A stretch of DNA of 63,957 nucleotides, filler included, from Folioceros fuciformis (GCA_049999805.1; 13 parts of 13 records of this genome joined end to end with filler, not necessarily neighbours in it); one strand, 5' to 3'. Shown: positions 35,225 through 49,037, numbered from the whole stretch's first letter. Made by a program: numbers and translations. The notes: generated from the sequence alone by a model not told the origin.

Positions 35225-36540
35225 GAGGCCGTTGGAAGAAGGTGGCGGAGATCAAGTGTGAATTTGGTTTAGTGGCTAGACATGTTAGGCTCATTTTATC
35301 ATGGCTGCAAGAGGGGTTAGAGGATAAGGTACAACAGGTTTTAAGGCAACAACCTACCCTAGGCGTTGAGGGGTGGTATGCATACTCCATGGATAGTAAG
35401 GGAGTCAATTATGAGGAGGATGAATAGGAGGAAGACCTAGAACTGGATAGGGCTGTTTGGGTTTCAGGTACGGCTGACAAAGAAGAATTGCGGACATTCA
35501 AGGTCATGTCGCCTGAAGGGGTTTTGGAGGAGAGGGCAGGGACGACGGTGATGTCTAAAAAGGGGAAAGTGGGCCATCACGGTCCTCTATAAGTCTGTTC
35601 GTGCAGGAAGGTGGTGCACTCAAGTCGAACGCCCTAGTGGGCCACAAATCTCGGACAAACCTATTGTACGATGTTGGTTTCGGCTTGCGGATTTGGTCTT
35701 AAGACCAGATCTCTACAAATGGCCTAGGCGTCCAGGGTGCAAGGTGGCCAACCTTCAGTCTTTCTTCAACTTCCCAACGACAGACATCTTCCTCTGGATG
35801 GAACGAGCACAAAAACTCAAGCAATGGCAACCAATGGCTCCTAGGCTATAGCTATCTGTGCAGTGGCAAAGGGAAGCTATCAAGTTGCTTTCGAAGTCAG
35901 TAGGAATTCCTCCCAAGGTTAGGACGACAGTTTGGTGCTTTTTTCAAGCATGTTTGCCTAATGTGGATCGATGGGATGGGTTGTTAGTTCCAACAGGAGA
36001 AGACCACTGTCGACTTTGCACCTCTTGTGCCCCAAACAAAAGTCAACACATGTTCTTTCACTATAGTTTTGCCCAAGAGATTTGGAGTGAGGTGGGCAGG
36101 TGGTTGCAAAGGATTCTCCCTGACACCAGCCTCAGGATCACGAAACAAACTGCCCTATTTGGGTAAGATGCAACCTCGGGCAAAGCTCTACTTCAATCGT
36201 AGTGGTGGCGTTTATTGTGGTCTTCTTGCCTGTTTCATCTCTGGGTTAACTGGTCCTCCGTGGTTTATGCAGGTAATGAGCCAGCCTCATCTAAGGCTCT
36301 ACTATGGCGCATTTGGGAGCACTTATTGATTGCAGCATAAAGTTTGAGGCAGTCCCATCGGAAACAGTTCAAGCGGAGAGAGTGGAGGACGGCGGGTTTC
36401 CTGGGTCTTGGGAATGATGAACATTGGAATCACGTCTGCCCTTGGGGAAGGTGAGCTCTCATGGTCTTTGGGTGAATTTGAGGTTTAAGTATGAATGATC
36501 TTAGCAGTCTGTTAGTATCAGGGTGATGGGGGAGCGTTTT
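35225..36540 (+). mobile_element. L1-like LINE ORF2 3' region with zinc finger, decayed
   Basis: EGLEDKVQQVLRQQPT..EGWYAYSMD (same family as 11040-11392) and HCRLCTSCAPNKSQHMFFH.SFAQEIW. Confidence 0.88.
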
Positions 36541-38025
36541 CTGCGTCCTATCCTGAGGGTTGGATACGAGGACGGTTTTTTTTCCCGATCATGGTACTCA
36601 TGCTATGTAAATACGTAAGCAAGGGTCCCCTTAGTATTGTAAGAGGATGACAATAATTAATCAAAATCTTTTCTTCGCAAAAAAATGTTTCTCTAATAGC
36701 TATGAAGAGGGCAACTTGAGGAGCATTCTTTCGAAGAAGACTATTGCACAATAGAAGATATGGCTATAGATTTCTTAATCAAGGTCGTCAACAAATTTAA
36801 ATTAGATAATAGTAGAGAATTAGTGGGGTTGAAGCAAATTCAAATGGGAATATTGAGCACATAGCTTATTTAGTTTACTAACTTACCATGATAATTAGGT
36901 CGCTACAATAACTAAATGGGAAATATATACTTCATATTGTGTGCATGAAAAAAAAAAAGCTTGAGTTTATTTGAGTGGGCTTAGTTTGAGTATCTACATA
37001 CTCCTGTTATTTTGGTTTTTTTTTTTCTTTTATTTGTGTTCTGAAACCTCATGTAGCTGCTTCTAGTTTCCTAGTCTAAGCACTTCCTTGGAATTGCACT
37101 TTATAATCTCTTAAAGATGTCTAGACTTCACTCTCAACAATGATCATCTATGTTGGCATTTTGTGAGGGGGGTTCCATGTTATAACATGAGCATTTTGGT
37201 GACTCAATTGATGATTTGTTTGATTATCACCGTTTATTGCTCGTAAATCTTCACAATAACAATGTGGACATTATAAAAACTATTTATATTTGATATTATA
37301 TGAAAACTTATTTTCTATAATTAATCTTAGATAATATGTCCTACAAGTTCATTTGCCACAAACCAACACGACAACCATGCATTTTTTAAAATAAGAACAA
37401 GACAATTGCAATCTCTTTACCAAATTCATATACTTAGCTACCTCCACACTCCCTCTCAAAACAAAACCCCACTTGCAACATATTCCTACACACAAAACCT
37501 ATGCAACAAAAATACAATTGTAAACCTCATGAAATGGCTAACAAATTTGGTAGCATAAAAGGCCAAGTCCAATAGAAAAATGTTAACCACGAAATTGTTG
37601 AATTCTGCAATCATAACCAACCTCTCAACTTTGTGGTGAAGGAGCAACTTCATTCACATGATTGGTGTGGACATTATAGATTAGTAGATAGTCCAAAACT
37701 ACCTAAGAATAGAGACTGAACTAGTCATGTTGAGATATGACTAAGGACCCTTGCAAAGAACTCAATTTGCATTACAAACAAACAGACCCACATAAAATGA
37801 TGGACCTATGACAACCACACGTCCCAAGGTGTGTGATTGGAGTTAGGTTACAAAGCATGACACACAAATCAACTTCTTAAACGACCTAGATGATAAGCAG
37901 CCGTACAAAGAAGAGCAATGGACTACACTACACTACATGTGGTCTAGTATTAACAAATGGCCAGCACCAAGTCTAAAGGTTACTTTAGTAGATGGCAGAT
38001 TGTCTAGAGAATGCAGCCTATTCAT

Positions 38026-40852
38026 TCAATGGGGACTGGCATTTCCATGCTTCAAAATAGCTCTTTTCCTTTTCTTATGTCGACATGGGCTTTTCTTATG
38101 TAATACAGGACTAACATGTGCATCTAAAAACGAAGATTCTCCTACCAAATCATATGCAAATTTAGTGCGATGCTTGTGCTTCTTTTTCTTCCTATCTCTC
38201 CGAATGTTGTCTTCTTCCTTCTTGTGCTTTTTCCTATGATGTTTTTTATCCTTGGTATCATCATACACTTCTATATCTTCCTCCCTCCTATTTTGCCACT
38301 TATGTTTCGTATGACGGTCATTCCTCTCATCAAAATCTTTCTTTTGCCTTTTGTATTCTTTAAATTTCATCCCTTTAAGCTTCTGCCCATGACCCTCCTC
38401 TATCACATGTCTATGTTGTTTCTCCCTTACATCTCTATTCGGAAAAATTTCTGAGTTTGGCAACTTGTCCTTCACATGATGTACATTCTCTCTATCCCTT
38501 TCCAATTGTGACAATGTAACCTTACGTGCCACAAATGGGGGCTTGGGGCCCTCAAAAATGAATTCATCAATTTCCTTGTCTTTACGCTCTACTTCACCAT
38601 CTTCAACCGTGAGAACTTCAATTGTGCTTTTGCCCACTACAACCTTCCCCACAACTCCTCGTCCAATTTGCGGAGGATCGTTTTTATTGTTGTTTTCCAC
38701 ATCGCATTCAATCTCATTAGTTACCAAGCTAGCTGCTTTCTTACTATCCTCGAGTGGAGAAAATGAAAAAACCTTTTTGAGCAATGCCTCTTTTTTTGCC
38801 TCTTCTTGGTACCCTTTTGCAAGGCCCACAAACTCATCCAAAGTACTATACCCTTGTTGTAGCAAAGTCATAGACTCATAACTGAACTGAGTTACACCAT
38901 GACCTTTCAACTTAGGATTTAACTCTTCCAGCTTCTGTGCAATCTCTTCATTCTCTCTTTGACAAAAAATTTCATGTTCATGAGCCTTCATGTTATCCCG
39001 CCAATCATCCACACTAATATCATCATCACTCTTGCTAGAAGTTAAGACATCAATTTCCTGGCCATGGCACTCCACCCTTTTAAAGAGGCTCTGTCGATTA
39101 GGCAAATCTTGCTTAGGCAATTTCAACCTCAAGCTGACCTTGAAAGTCTTACACTCATCAATCAATATTGGTGAGCTACACTGCTGCTCCTTGCTATCAA
39201 CTTGAACTTCAGAGATCTTGAGCACACCATTGGATGCTTCCCCTCTTGCCCTAACATGATCATCATTATTGACTTCAAGCTTTGATTGTGAGACTCCATT
39301 CAAGGTAGGATACAAGCCTTTGGATGGACTCAGAGACAGAGAAAGTGATTGAACAAGGGACATAGACAATTCCTTTTGCTTGCTATCTTTCTTCAAAAGA
39401 TGGGTTTTCACATTAGGATGATCATCAAGCTCTACTCCATGAGAGCTTAAGGAACGCTTTCTCTTTTGATCCACCATGTCATCCAACTCTTTGACAGCTA
39501 AACCCTGTTGAGCTTTTTGGCTTTTACTAGAATCTTTCTTGTAGGGACTTCTATTGCCACTTCTGCTACTATTTGAAGGGCTTTCTTTAAGATCTTTGGT
39601 TTTGGATCTCCTACGAATACAAGTACTCCTCATGTCATCATTTCTATGCTTAGGTGATAAGGTGAATTCTCTTTGGTTTGAAGGAGAACGAAATTGTGTC
39701 CTACATCTCCTTTTGACTCGGCTATGACTTCTACTCCTGGTTCGGTGAGATCGAGAGTAATATTCTCGTTCTCGCTCTCTTCCCCTGTCCCAATCTCGTT
39801 TATACAGGTTCCAAGAATAATCTCCACGTCCTCTATGATATCCAGGCCTATTGTGAATATGATACCCAGAATGATCTCGTACATCCAATAGAGACATATG
39901 ATCCTGTCGGTAGCAAATAGGTGATCTAGAAACTGACCTATCACGTCGGTATCGAATTGGGGAGTGAGACTTTGATCTTGATGCTGACCTAGAATGAGAT
40001 GAAGACTTTGGCCTGCTTAACATGTTTTGAGATTAGTATAGCAACATTTCACCAATTGAAGCAGTTACTAGGCTATATCTAGCCATCCTATTGCTCAATC
40101 ATGGATGATATTGTTGACAAAAAGTCCATTCAAGTGTCTAAGTAGCAAGTTGCACATGTAAAGCACAAGGAGAAATTCATCACAAAAGGCCAATGTGCCA
40201 CCTTCCAAGAACGTCAAAAGAAATTGTTCCCACAAAAGCTCTCTTCCACTTTTCCTTGTAGTAAGCTAAAGAAACCTCAACACAAATGCAACAATGGATG
40301 ATGTAGCAAGATAGGTCATGGGATGACATTTACTACCATAAACCAGGGAAGGAGGCTTAATGACAAAAAAAACAAGACCCACCTATTGGGGCTTGTTGTC
40401 CAAGTGTTGCTAGTGAATGCACCTTGTATTGCATCACTTCCTTTCAATTGCTTGCTGATCTCTGCTGCCCGTGCAGCTGCCATCTCTGCAGCAGACTTAA
40501 TGTTTGCAGCCCGAGCTGCAGCCTGTTGTGTTGCCATTACTTGTTGCATTAATAGAACTTGTTGGAATTGAAATTGCTGCATAGCCACTGCTTGTTGCAT
40601 GATCATGGAAAAAGGAGGTGGTTGTATTTGAGAGGAATTGGATGTAGATGACGGCATCCTAGATGGCAACTGTGGGGCTTCAGTGAGATCCACACTTGAA
40701 GGGTGGTAGTCCCCTATATCCATGATTGGATCAATAGCACCACCTTTCTTGTCTACCTTAAAGGTTTTTGAAGAGTCTCTACAGAAGTAGTTCAATTGTT
40801 TGCAAGTACAAGGGATGCTTGAAAGACGTGCTTCAAAGAGGGAAGGGAGCAT
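38026..40852 (-). CDS. SR-related splicing-factor-like protein (At3g23900-type Q-rich + RS domains), RRM apparently decayed; 5' end uncertain
   Basis: QQAVAMQQFQFQQVLLMQQ...KSAAEMAAARAAEISKQLK. Phase-consistent intron 40382-40013 joins to SRSKSHSPIRYRR and a ~660-codon open RS/KE-rich exon ending at 38026. Confidence 0.7.
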
Positions 40853-41246
40853 AATAAAACCTTGAAGCCCAAGATGGGATAGTCAAGGCAGATAGTTAGT
40901 TTAGATCCACCAATACAGTTACAAGAAGTTGACAATATAAAGATTTGGCTAATAGTGACTACTGGCCAAGCTCTTGTAGTATCTCATACAAAGAATGAGC
41001 ATTGTAACCAATAAGTTCAAGTTAAAAATCTTGTAACATGAGTTCTCTTTCCAAAGCCTTCCATTATAGTATTAAATAGTTATCACCTTTGTTATATTAG
41101 TTCCTACCCTTAGTAAACTATTGAACTACTCTTAAAACACTTTCTANNNNNNNNNNNNNNNNNNNNNNNNNNNNNNNNNNNNNNNNNNNNTTAATTAATT
41201 AANNNNNNNNNNNNNNNNNNNNNNNNNNNNNNNNNNNNNNNNNNNN

Positions 41247-41571
41247 GTACTAATTAGTGGTAAGAGTGATTAAGGTTATGATTAATATATATAGCTTATT
41301 AGACTTTGTTATGTTAGGCAAAAAGGTATTGTAGGGTTTGGGGTCATTTATCCCATATTGGGCACGAAATGAGAGTGCCAGCCATAGGTCCATAAAAGAA
41401 GGGATGAACCCACTTAGTATTTGTAGTCTAACTCCCTCTTCACTTGTATTGTGTTGTTTTCGTAATTCTCCTTTTATTTGAGTTTAAGAGCCTTGTTATA
41501 GTGCTCTTATTTTTGGGATTCTGCATCTTGCTTCAACTAACTTGTTTTAACCTCTTTTGAACATCTCAACA
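41247..41571 (+). repeat. LTR copy 1 (5'-truncated by the contig start)
   Basis: Near-identical to 42942-43283 apart from a ~14-nt deletion near the end. Ends CTCAACA. Confidence 0.9.
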
Positions 41572-42189
41572 CCAAGACCGTCGAGCATAAGGTTTTACGC
41601 TAGCGTACACTCGCCGATATGCTCCGATATGCTCCACTCGCCCCTCACTCCCTCCCACCATTAGCTCTACCTCTCATTCAGACTTTTGCCTTTGCCTCCG
41701 TTTGCCTTCTTTTGCCTTTGCCTCCGTTTGCCTTCTTTTGTGCTCCGTCTTCCAACTCTCGTGACCTCTCTACCCTACTCGCCACCTTCGTGCTTGCCTT
41801 GCTCCTTGTGACAGTCCGTGCACCAACCACCTCTACCCCTCCTCCCTGATTTTTAGAATGCAGGACTCCACGCTCATGGTGCCAAGGCAGTTTCTTGAAG
41901 TCAAGCACACTTGGCGGCTCAATGCGGAGCAAATATAGACACATTTCTACCCCAAGTTTGCACCTTGGATAGCAGTAGTGGGAGACCTAATAGAGTAGTG
42001 GGAATTTGGGATTTTCCAGTTCCCCTAGGCTATCAACTCCAGAGCAATTGTCTTGTTTGCATGGACCATGCTGCAATGCGCGTGAGCGGACTGTCATACA
42101 CTTTATACGTAATCTATTGTATAGTAACACATATTCTTCAAAGACAATGGTTTCAAACAATGCATGGTGGATGAGAGCATCTATATATG

Positions 42190-42700
42190 TTAAGTTCTTC
42201 AAACCAATGTGATTGTAGCCATATATATATATAGATGAATTGATTTTAATAAGTGCATCTTCAAATGCTAACAAGAGGACCAAGCACATGTTGTCTAGTC
42301 ATTTTCTAATGAAAGACTCAAGAGAGATTAACTATCGCCTTGGCATTCAAGTGTTGCCAGATAGGATGAAGAGGATTGTCAAGCTTAGCCAGCAAAGGTA
42401 CAAGAAAGAAATGTTGCCAGATAGGATGAAGAGGACGAAGAGGACTGTCAAGCTTAGCCAGCAAAGGTAGGATGAAGAGGACTGTCAAGCTTAGCCAGCA
42501 AAGGTACAAGGAAGAAATGTTGGATTACTTTGGTCGGGTTGATTGTAAGCCTATTAAAACTCCTTTGTGCTTGGATTTGAAGTTTAGCAAAGACCAATGT
42601 CCTTTTAACTATGATGAAGAGGAGGAGATGAGGAGCATCTATTAGGCAAGCATCTGGGAGTTTAATGTTTGCTATGGTCTGGACATGTGTGGAAGAACAC
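42190..42700 (+). mobile_element. Decayed Copia RT fragment with internal tandem duplications (42352-42510)
   Basis: IYIDELIL, FLMKDSREINYRLGIQV, LSQQRY (repeated three times), DCKPIKTPL and GSLMFAMVWT. Confidence 0.85.
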
Positions 42701-42903
42701 ATGTGCAATAACCCTCCACAGGACTATTGCTTTGAATGATTTTTTTTTTGTTTTTCTTATGTTTTGCATGATGGAGTGTTCATGAATTGCCCGAGGCAAG
42801 GCCTTTTATACTAAAATTTGTCCTTGGCCTATGGGAGTACCACTCCTTGGGGTTTTTTACTATTTTTAGATTCTAAAAAGTTACAAGTGTTAAGCATGAT
42901 TAA

Positions 42904-43283
42904 TGTTGAGGTTAATTAGTGCTAATCCAGCTTATTGAGTTTGTACTAATTAGTGGTAAGAGTGATTAAGGTTATGATTAATATATATAGCTTATTAGAC
43001 TTTGTTATGTTAGGCAAAAAGGTATTGTAGGGTTTGGGGTTATTTATCCCATATTGGGCACAAAATGAGAGTGCCAGCCATAGGTCCATAAAAGAAGGGA
43101 TGAACCCACTTAGTATTTGTAGTCTAACTCCCTCTTCACTTGTATTGTGTTGTTTCTTGTAATTCTCCTTTTATTTGAGTTTAAGAGCCTTGTTATAGTG
43201 CTCTTATTTTTTGTGATTCTGCATCTTGCTTCAACTAACTTGTTTTAACCTCTTTCGAGCATGGCGGGGGTGACATCTCAACA
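42904..43283 (+). repeat. Complete 380-bp LTR (TGTTGAG...CTCAACA)
   Basis: Perfect 7-bp terminal inverted repeat with TG...CA ends. Internal CATAAAA TATA-like motif. Other copies at 41247 and 34964. Confidence 0.9.
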
Positions 43284-44499
43284 GCAAGAGTAATGATGGT
43301 CCGAGCCTAGATGTATAAGACACCTTGTTACATCTCTCTCATTAGACACTTTAGGTGTGTCACTTGTGTTTGGCGCCAAGGCCACACTCATGCAATTTCA
43401 TGCAATTTCACACCAAGATCTCACTAGTCCTATCATGTGCGCATGCTGCACGGTGGGTCCTATCATGGTAGCTGAATCCACTACCAAGGTGGCTAAACCC
43501 ACTACTGAGGTGGCTGAGTACACTACAATAGCAGAGCCAAGTCGATGGTGGTTAACTAGGTATAGTGGCTGATTACATCTAGATAGGAACTAATTGTAGA
43601 AAGACTAATATTCATAGATTTAGAACATCTTAACACAAACCATTCTCCTGGGAATGAATCCTAGGACTACAATGACATAGAAGGTGAATGTGGACCTCCT
43701 TATGTCCATAGACATAAGATATCACTCCACAACATGACCAAACCTTAAGAAAGTAGTTGGGGTCATGATCCAATTTATGCAAAACTGAGGGAAGTTACAT
43801 TCGTAAGTTGTAAAGAGAATCAAGAGGTACTTTCGTAGTGCGCAAAATACATGCTTGGATTTTTTAGCAACAAGTAAAGATATGATGGCTTGATAGGCCA
43901 AGTTGCCAAAGTTATTTTCTCCTCATGTTTGAAACATATAGTGCTAACAACGGTTGTGTGTTCACCATTCGTACTTAAAAGAATAGTGCTATTTTCATGA
44001 AGGAGGTTTGTTTACTAACCTCCTTCTAATTTCAAGTGTTTGGCAAGCTATGCTTTGTTTGCTTTTGCAAACCTTCATTGACCAATTGTATGCCCCTACA
44101 CACCAAGCATGTGTTCTTTGCACTACTACAAGAAAACAAGTTAGTACTCTCTCTACAACAATCAAAGCCTGCATGGGGCAGGCTTGTCCATTCTCACATT
44201 CTTGCAATGTCAATAGCTATCGAATTGTAGGGTTTCAGCCACTAGATCTTGCCCCCTAGTATTCAACCCTACTATTGCTAAGGGGTTTCGGTTTTGAGGT
44301 TTAGGGTTTCCCCCAATCTATACAATATTAATCTAGGCCAAAAGAATATCCACTTCATTGGTGCCATCATGATCCCATTGTTGTGAGGTGGCCTCCTACA
44401 ACACTTGCTCGCTCGCGCTTTGGCAAGATTTTAAGGACTCACGCATGATGCCTTGTGACAAATGTAGTAGAGGCCCTAAAATGCTTGAACTTGCCCAAA

Positions 44500-44975
44500 C
44501 ATGAGTGCCCTACTTGGCTTGTACTAACATAGGAATTTTTGGTACCACCTAACATCAGCCTCCTCAAACATCTTGCACCTAGCTTTCATCACCACATCCG
44601 TCTTTAGGTTATGCTTCAACCCACCATCGTATTGATCTAGCTTCTCCTCAGCCATCATCTTGTGTATGCTCATTAGCACGCACCAAAATTCTACCATGTA
44701 TGTAGACCCTATTATGTGCATCACAACAATCTAGCTAGCTTTTCTTGAGCAACATGGTAACCTTCAATAGATAGGGATAAACTTGGTATGTACCATCTAC
44801 AAGAACTCAAGTAGATTACCTAATCTTGTGCAACCATTTCCAATAGCTATGCCCAAGGCAACATCTTTGAGGAACATGGTTGCTCCTTGCATTTAGTGTT
44901 GAGGATCTATCCCATTGAGCTCCAGGTATGCTCGAATATGATATATCCACACTTCAACATATACCATAGCCCTAA
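44500..44975 (-). mobile_element. Decayed Ty3/Gypsy gag fragment
   Basis: WIYHIRAYLEL...ATMFLKDVA...YMVEF...EEKLDQYDGGLKHNLK...MFEEA (retrotransposon gag pattern). Confidence 0.7.
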
Positions 44976-45540
44976 GTCCCAAATGCTTTGGTTTTGTATT
45001 TTAAAACTTGTACCCACTTGTATGTCAGAGTGAGTGGTATTATTGAACATGAATAGCTAGAGTAATAGTGAGGTGTACAAAGGAAGAGTGGCTTGTACCC
45101 CTGGCTCTTATGAACAAGTGCCACCGAATAAGAAAGTGGTGTATATATTTTAAATAAAAATAAAGACAAGATTATATTCAATTAGAATAACTTATATTTA
45201 TTTAGTGGAAAGCTATCAACAATTATGATAATAAAATTTAGAATAAAGCTATGTAAGCTAGATTTATTATGAAGTAATAATGAATAAGTATGAAGTTGGA
45301 GTACTTGAAGATGTAATATATTTCGACAAATACTTTCCAAATTCAATGTTCCACTTTTATGAGAATCCATGAGAAGATAAGAAAAAATAGGAATTTATTT
45401 TGCTACAATAATAGCTAGCATATCTTGTACATTCACATCTNNNNNNNNNNNNNNNNNNNNNNNNNNNNNNNNNNNNNNNNNNNNTTAATTAATTAANNNN
45501 NNNNNNNNNNNNNNNNNNNNNNNNNNNNNNNNNNNNNNNN

Positions 45541-45900
45541 GTTTACCATGGTATTCATCCATGAGATAAAAAAACTTACATTTATCAAACCTTCCATGCC
45601 CACTTGCCTCGTTCTCGGCTTTGTCCTTCCTGTAATCCTTCATAAGGCTCTTGTGCTTCTGACGACATGCCTCAAAATCCTTGTCGAAATCTTGGCAGAC
45701 CGCACACAATCTCATGTAGAGCTTGTTCCACACGTCGATACCTTGCTTGGGTGGTTTGTTGAAATCCTCCTCCATAGAACCCCTAAGGTGGATCAAGTGG
45801 ATGGTGTGGTGTTTAGTCCATTGTGGACCCCTTCCACCACTTGTTCTTCAAACCTGATCCTCCCCTTCAAGTTCCAAGTGTTTTTTGCTTTTCCCCCTAT
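45541..45900 (-). mobile_element. Myb/SANT-like trihelix ORF (probably Harbinger-associated), truncated by the contig end
   Basis: GPQWTKHHTIHLIHLR...DVWNKLY...ACRQKHKSLMKDYRK...CKFFYLMDE. Confidence 0.75.
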
Positions 45901-46364
45901 GCTTCTTTGACCCTGTGCCAATGTCCTATGAAATTGGAACCTCATGACCAGTTTCTAGGTCAATGACATTCCCTGGTGCAAGCCGTTTGAAACCAGAGCC
46001 TAGCATGACACTTCCAAGCAGAGGCATTGAGAATGCTTGCTGCTCATGAGGGGAGCATCCTTGTGATATTTGTTGACTTGAAGGTTGGCTCCACGTCTAA
46101 GAGGACTGTTCAAAGTTGTAGCTTTGAACTGTTGACTCCCCTCCTAAGCCAAATAGATAACTTGAAAAAGTTTGGGAAGGCCGTCTTTGTTGTGAAGACT
46201 CACCACCATGACCTTGTTGCCCTGCCATAGCCAAACCTAAAAGCCTAGAAACCTGCCAAACCTGTTGAGATAGAGAGCTTGTTATGTCAAGCCAAGGTCA
46301 ACCAGAAACTTTAGAGAGCCCATTGTGCCATCCAAAAATTCAATTGCCACTCAATACCTTGGAA

Positions 46365-47349
46365 TTACCTCACAGCAAGGCTACAAGCGCGTGACGACGA
46401 TGAGCAGATCCTTACACACAGCACACACGAAGTCAAGGACTCTTCGGTGGGCACTCTTCTGCACGGCTCAACGGCGGTGTAGTGCTGTTTGGCTTGACCG
46501 ATAGCTTCATCAGCCAGGTTCAGAGATCTGCTAGTAGCCTTGACCGCTGGGTCTTGCAGATACTCCGGCACAGTCGAATTATGCTGAGTAGTCGAATTAT
46601 GCTGAGCAGGTGCTTTCTTACTCACCACCTTGTCGTGTGCTAACAGTTCTGCAAGACCCTTACAAGTAATCTTATTAGCCCATGCTTTCCCAGTCCAACA
46701 CAAGCTTAGCTTCCTACCGAGACTCACCCATATCCTTAGGATTGTCCTCAAAATGAGCCTTGAACCTGCACATAACACAACATCAATTCTACTACACTGG
46801 TTGATTTGAGAAGGAACAGCAGCAGTGTACAAAGTTTTGCAACCTACCTCTCTGAATTCAGGATCTCGATGCGTAATTCCTTCACTCGTGGTTCTTTCAC
46901 AGCAAACGTAGTGATCTTCCAAGCAACGTCCTGGAAATGCAAGAGCTACATCAGAATGATATGTGTAACTCCGTGAGGAAGGCCAATAATGTCACTAGCC
47001 ACAACAAAAACGATTATGATTTTCACCTCAACCCTATATCTCAAAGATTCAACGACAGCGTTTGTCAGTAGGGGATACTCCAATATATACTTCCCTTCAT
47101 TGTCGACCTCCTCCACACCATTCAATGCTTATTGGATCTCATTCCACAACTCTTCATCTTTGGGTCCAACCTACCAAATTCATCGTACGCTGTGAGGAAG
47201 TTCTGCATGACGAGCATCGAGAGCAGCACTGAAGTTCCAATGCGAGCACTCACCAGTATGATAGCAACATCACTTTGTCCTCCTCTCCCTACCCGACCTA
47301 CGCGATGAATATACCCTACTGTATCAGCTGGCAAATCGTAGTTGATTAC
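46365..47349 (-). pseudogene. DEAD-box RNA helicase DDX56/DBP9 (RH16) 3' fragment, unprocessed pseudogene
   Basis: [22 protein letters not shown] (motif VI), NAVVESLRYRVE, KELRIEILNSE, KAHFEDNPKD and LLAHDK...VPEYL. Introns retained, frameshifts present, 18-bp duplication at ~46571-46608, and no N-terminal helicase core upstream. Confidence 0.8.
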
Positions 47350-47386
47350 CTACACAATCATGCAGATGGCACGCATAAGTGGAAAT

Positions 47387-47514
47387 TCTCTCCTCCTGTC
47401 CAAGCGCGCACTCTCCTCCTGTCCAGGCGAGCACTCTCCTCTTGTCCAAGCGGGCACTCTCCTCCTGTCCAAGCAGGCACTCTCCTCCTGTCCAAGCGGG
47501 CACTCTCGTCTTGT
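47387..47514. repeat. 23-bp minisatellite, about 5.5 copies
   Basis: Unit CTCTCCTCCTGTCCAAGCGGGCA. Confidence 0.92.
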
Positions 47515-48019
47515 CTACTCGTGAGAGCAGCCTTCACATACCTTGAGCTGCTAATTTTGTAAGTGCCCTTTCGTACAAGTTATATGTTGTAATTTATATG
47601 AGGATGGAGATGGAGTCACCTTCCTTGCAAGAGGTGTTGTGTAAGAGCAAGGTGCTTGAGATATCTCTTGTGTTTGAAAGAGTTGGGTGTGATACAATCA
47701 AGAGAATTACTTAGGTAATGCTTGTGAGATGACACTCTATAATATGTATATAGATATATGATACTAGGGATTGCTCCTATACAAACTACAGACCAACCAA
47801 AAAGATCCGATGTAATTGGTATCCTCATGGGTATTCCATAATTAGAGGGATACAACAAAGGAATATTTGTTCTCTCTTAACTCTTTGTGCATCCTTTTCA
47901 ACCCCCAGTACATATATATGTACATGTTCAAGTATGGTTGTATATGAAAAATATAAATACTAAATATATTATTATATTATATTATATTATAAATTTTCTT
48001 CCTACCTCTTCTTTTCCCA

Positions 48020-48630
48020 GCATGGAAGTTTCCAAAAACCTCAGCTATCTCTTGTGGATATGTATTCGAAGGAAGACCTTAGCACAAGTTAAGAAAGTGT
48101 ATGCTTACATAGTTAGAGTTGTGTTGGAGTTGAACACTTAGGGAAAGTTATGATCAACACATTTGTCAAGTGTGGGAGCATTCTAGATGCTCTCTAGATC
48201 TTTCACCGATTGTGTACAAGAAGTGTTTTCTTATGGACTACAATGATTTGCGAATTAAGTGGCTTAGGGAGGGGCGAGCAGACACTCATGATGTATACAC
48301 AAATGCAAGAGGACGATGTCCAGCCGAACAAGCACACCTTCCTTGAGGCAATGTGAAAGCGTGTAGTGGCTTAGCAAACCTAGAGAAGGGTAGAGCAATT
48401 CATGTTGATATCGTGCGGCATAGGTATGGGCGTCATATTTTGTCCGATGTTGCCTCATCCACATGTATGGGAGCATTCAGGAGGCTCTAGCTGTGTTTGA
48501 CAAAATAGCCCATAGCAATGTGCTTTCTTGGAATTCTATGATACAAGGACATGTGGAGCGGGATCAATCAAGGTGAGGAGCCACTTAATCTTTACGGCCA
48601 AATGCAAAGCAAAGGATTAACTCCCTCAAG
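48020..48630 (+). pseudogene. PLS-class pentatricopeptide repeat (PPR) pseudogene fragment
   Basis: INTFVKCGSILDAL*IF...SVFLWTTMI, QMQEDDVQPNKHTF, GRAIH, LIHMY.GSIQEALAVFD...NVLSWNSMIQG. Many stops and frameshifts. Confidence 0.85.
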
Positions 48631-49037
48631 ATGCCAAATATATGGAGTCCGCCCTCATTAAGCTAATGGACCCATCATCGGACCAAAAGTTCTTTTTGTT
48701 TTACTTACCTTTTCGTCAAGTCTTTGGTTTGCTTCAGTTCTCAAATCCAAGAAGTTTGTCAGTGTAGGAGGTGGTGGTTCGAGCAAACCCACCTGGCGAC
48801 TCGTCTGACATGGCTCATGATCAGATCATCATCCAAGTATTGACAATCATGAGGGCACGTGAATGTAATGGCCTCCGGACAATTGCAAGCACCCGATAGC
48901 ACAAGCAATTGTGATACTGCTATTGTGAAATTGTGCAATTGTGCTGCTATAATGTTCGAGGTCATGTCCCAAACACTGCTTGCTCAGCTCCCCTCGCCTA
49001 CCATTCCAATAACGCTTCAACTTTGTCTCCTTCCAAG

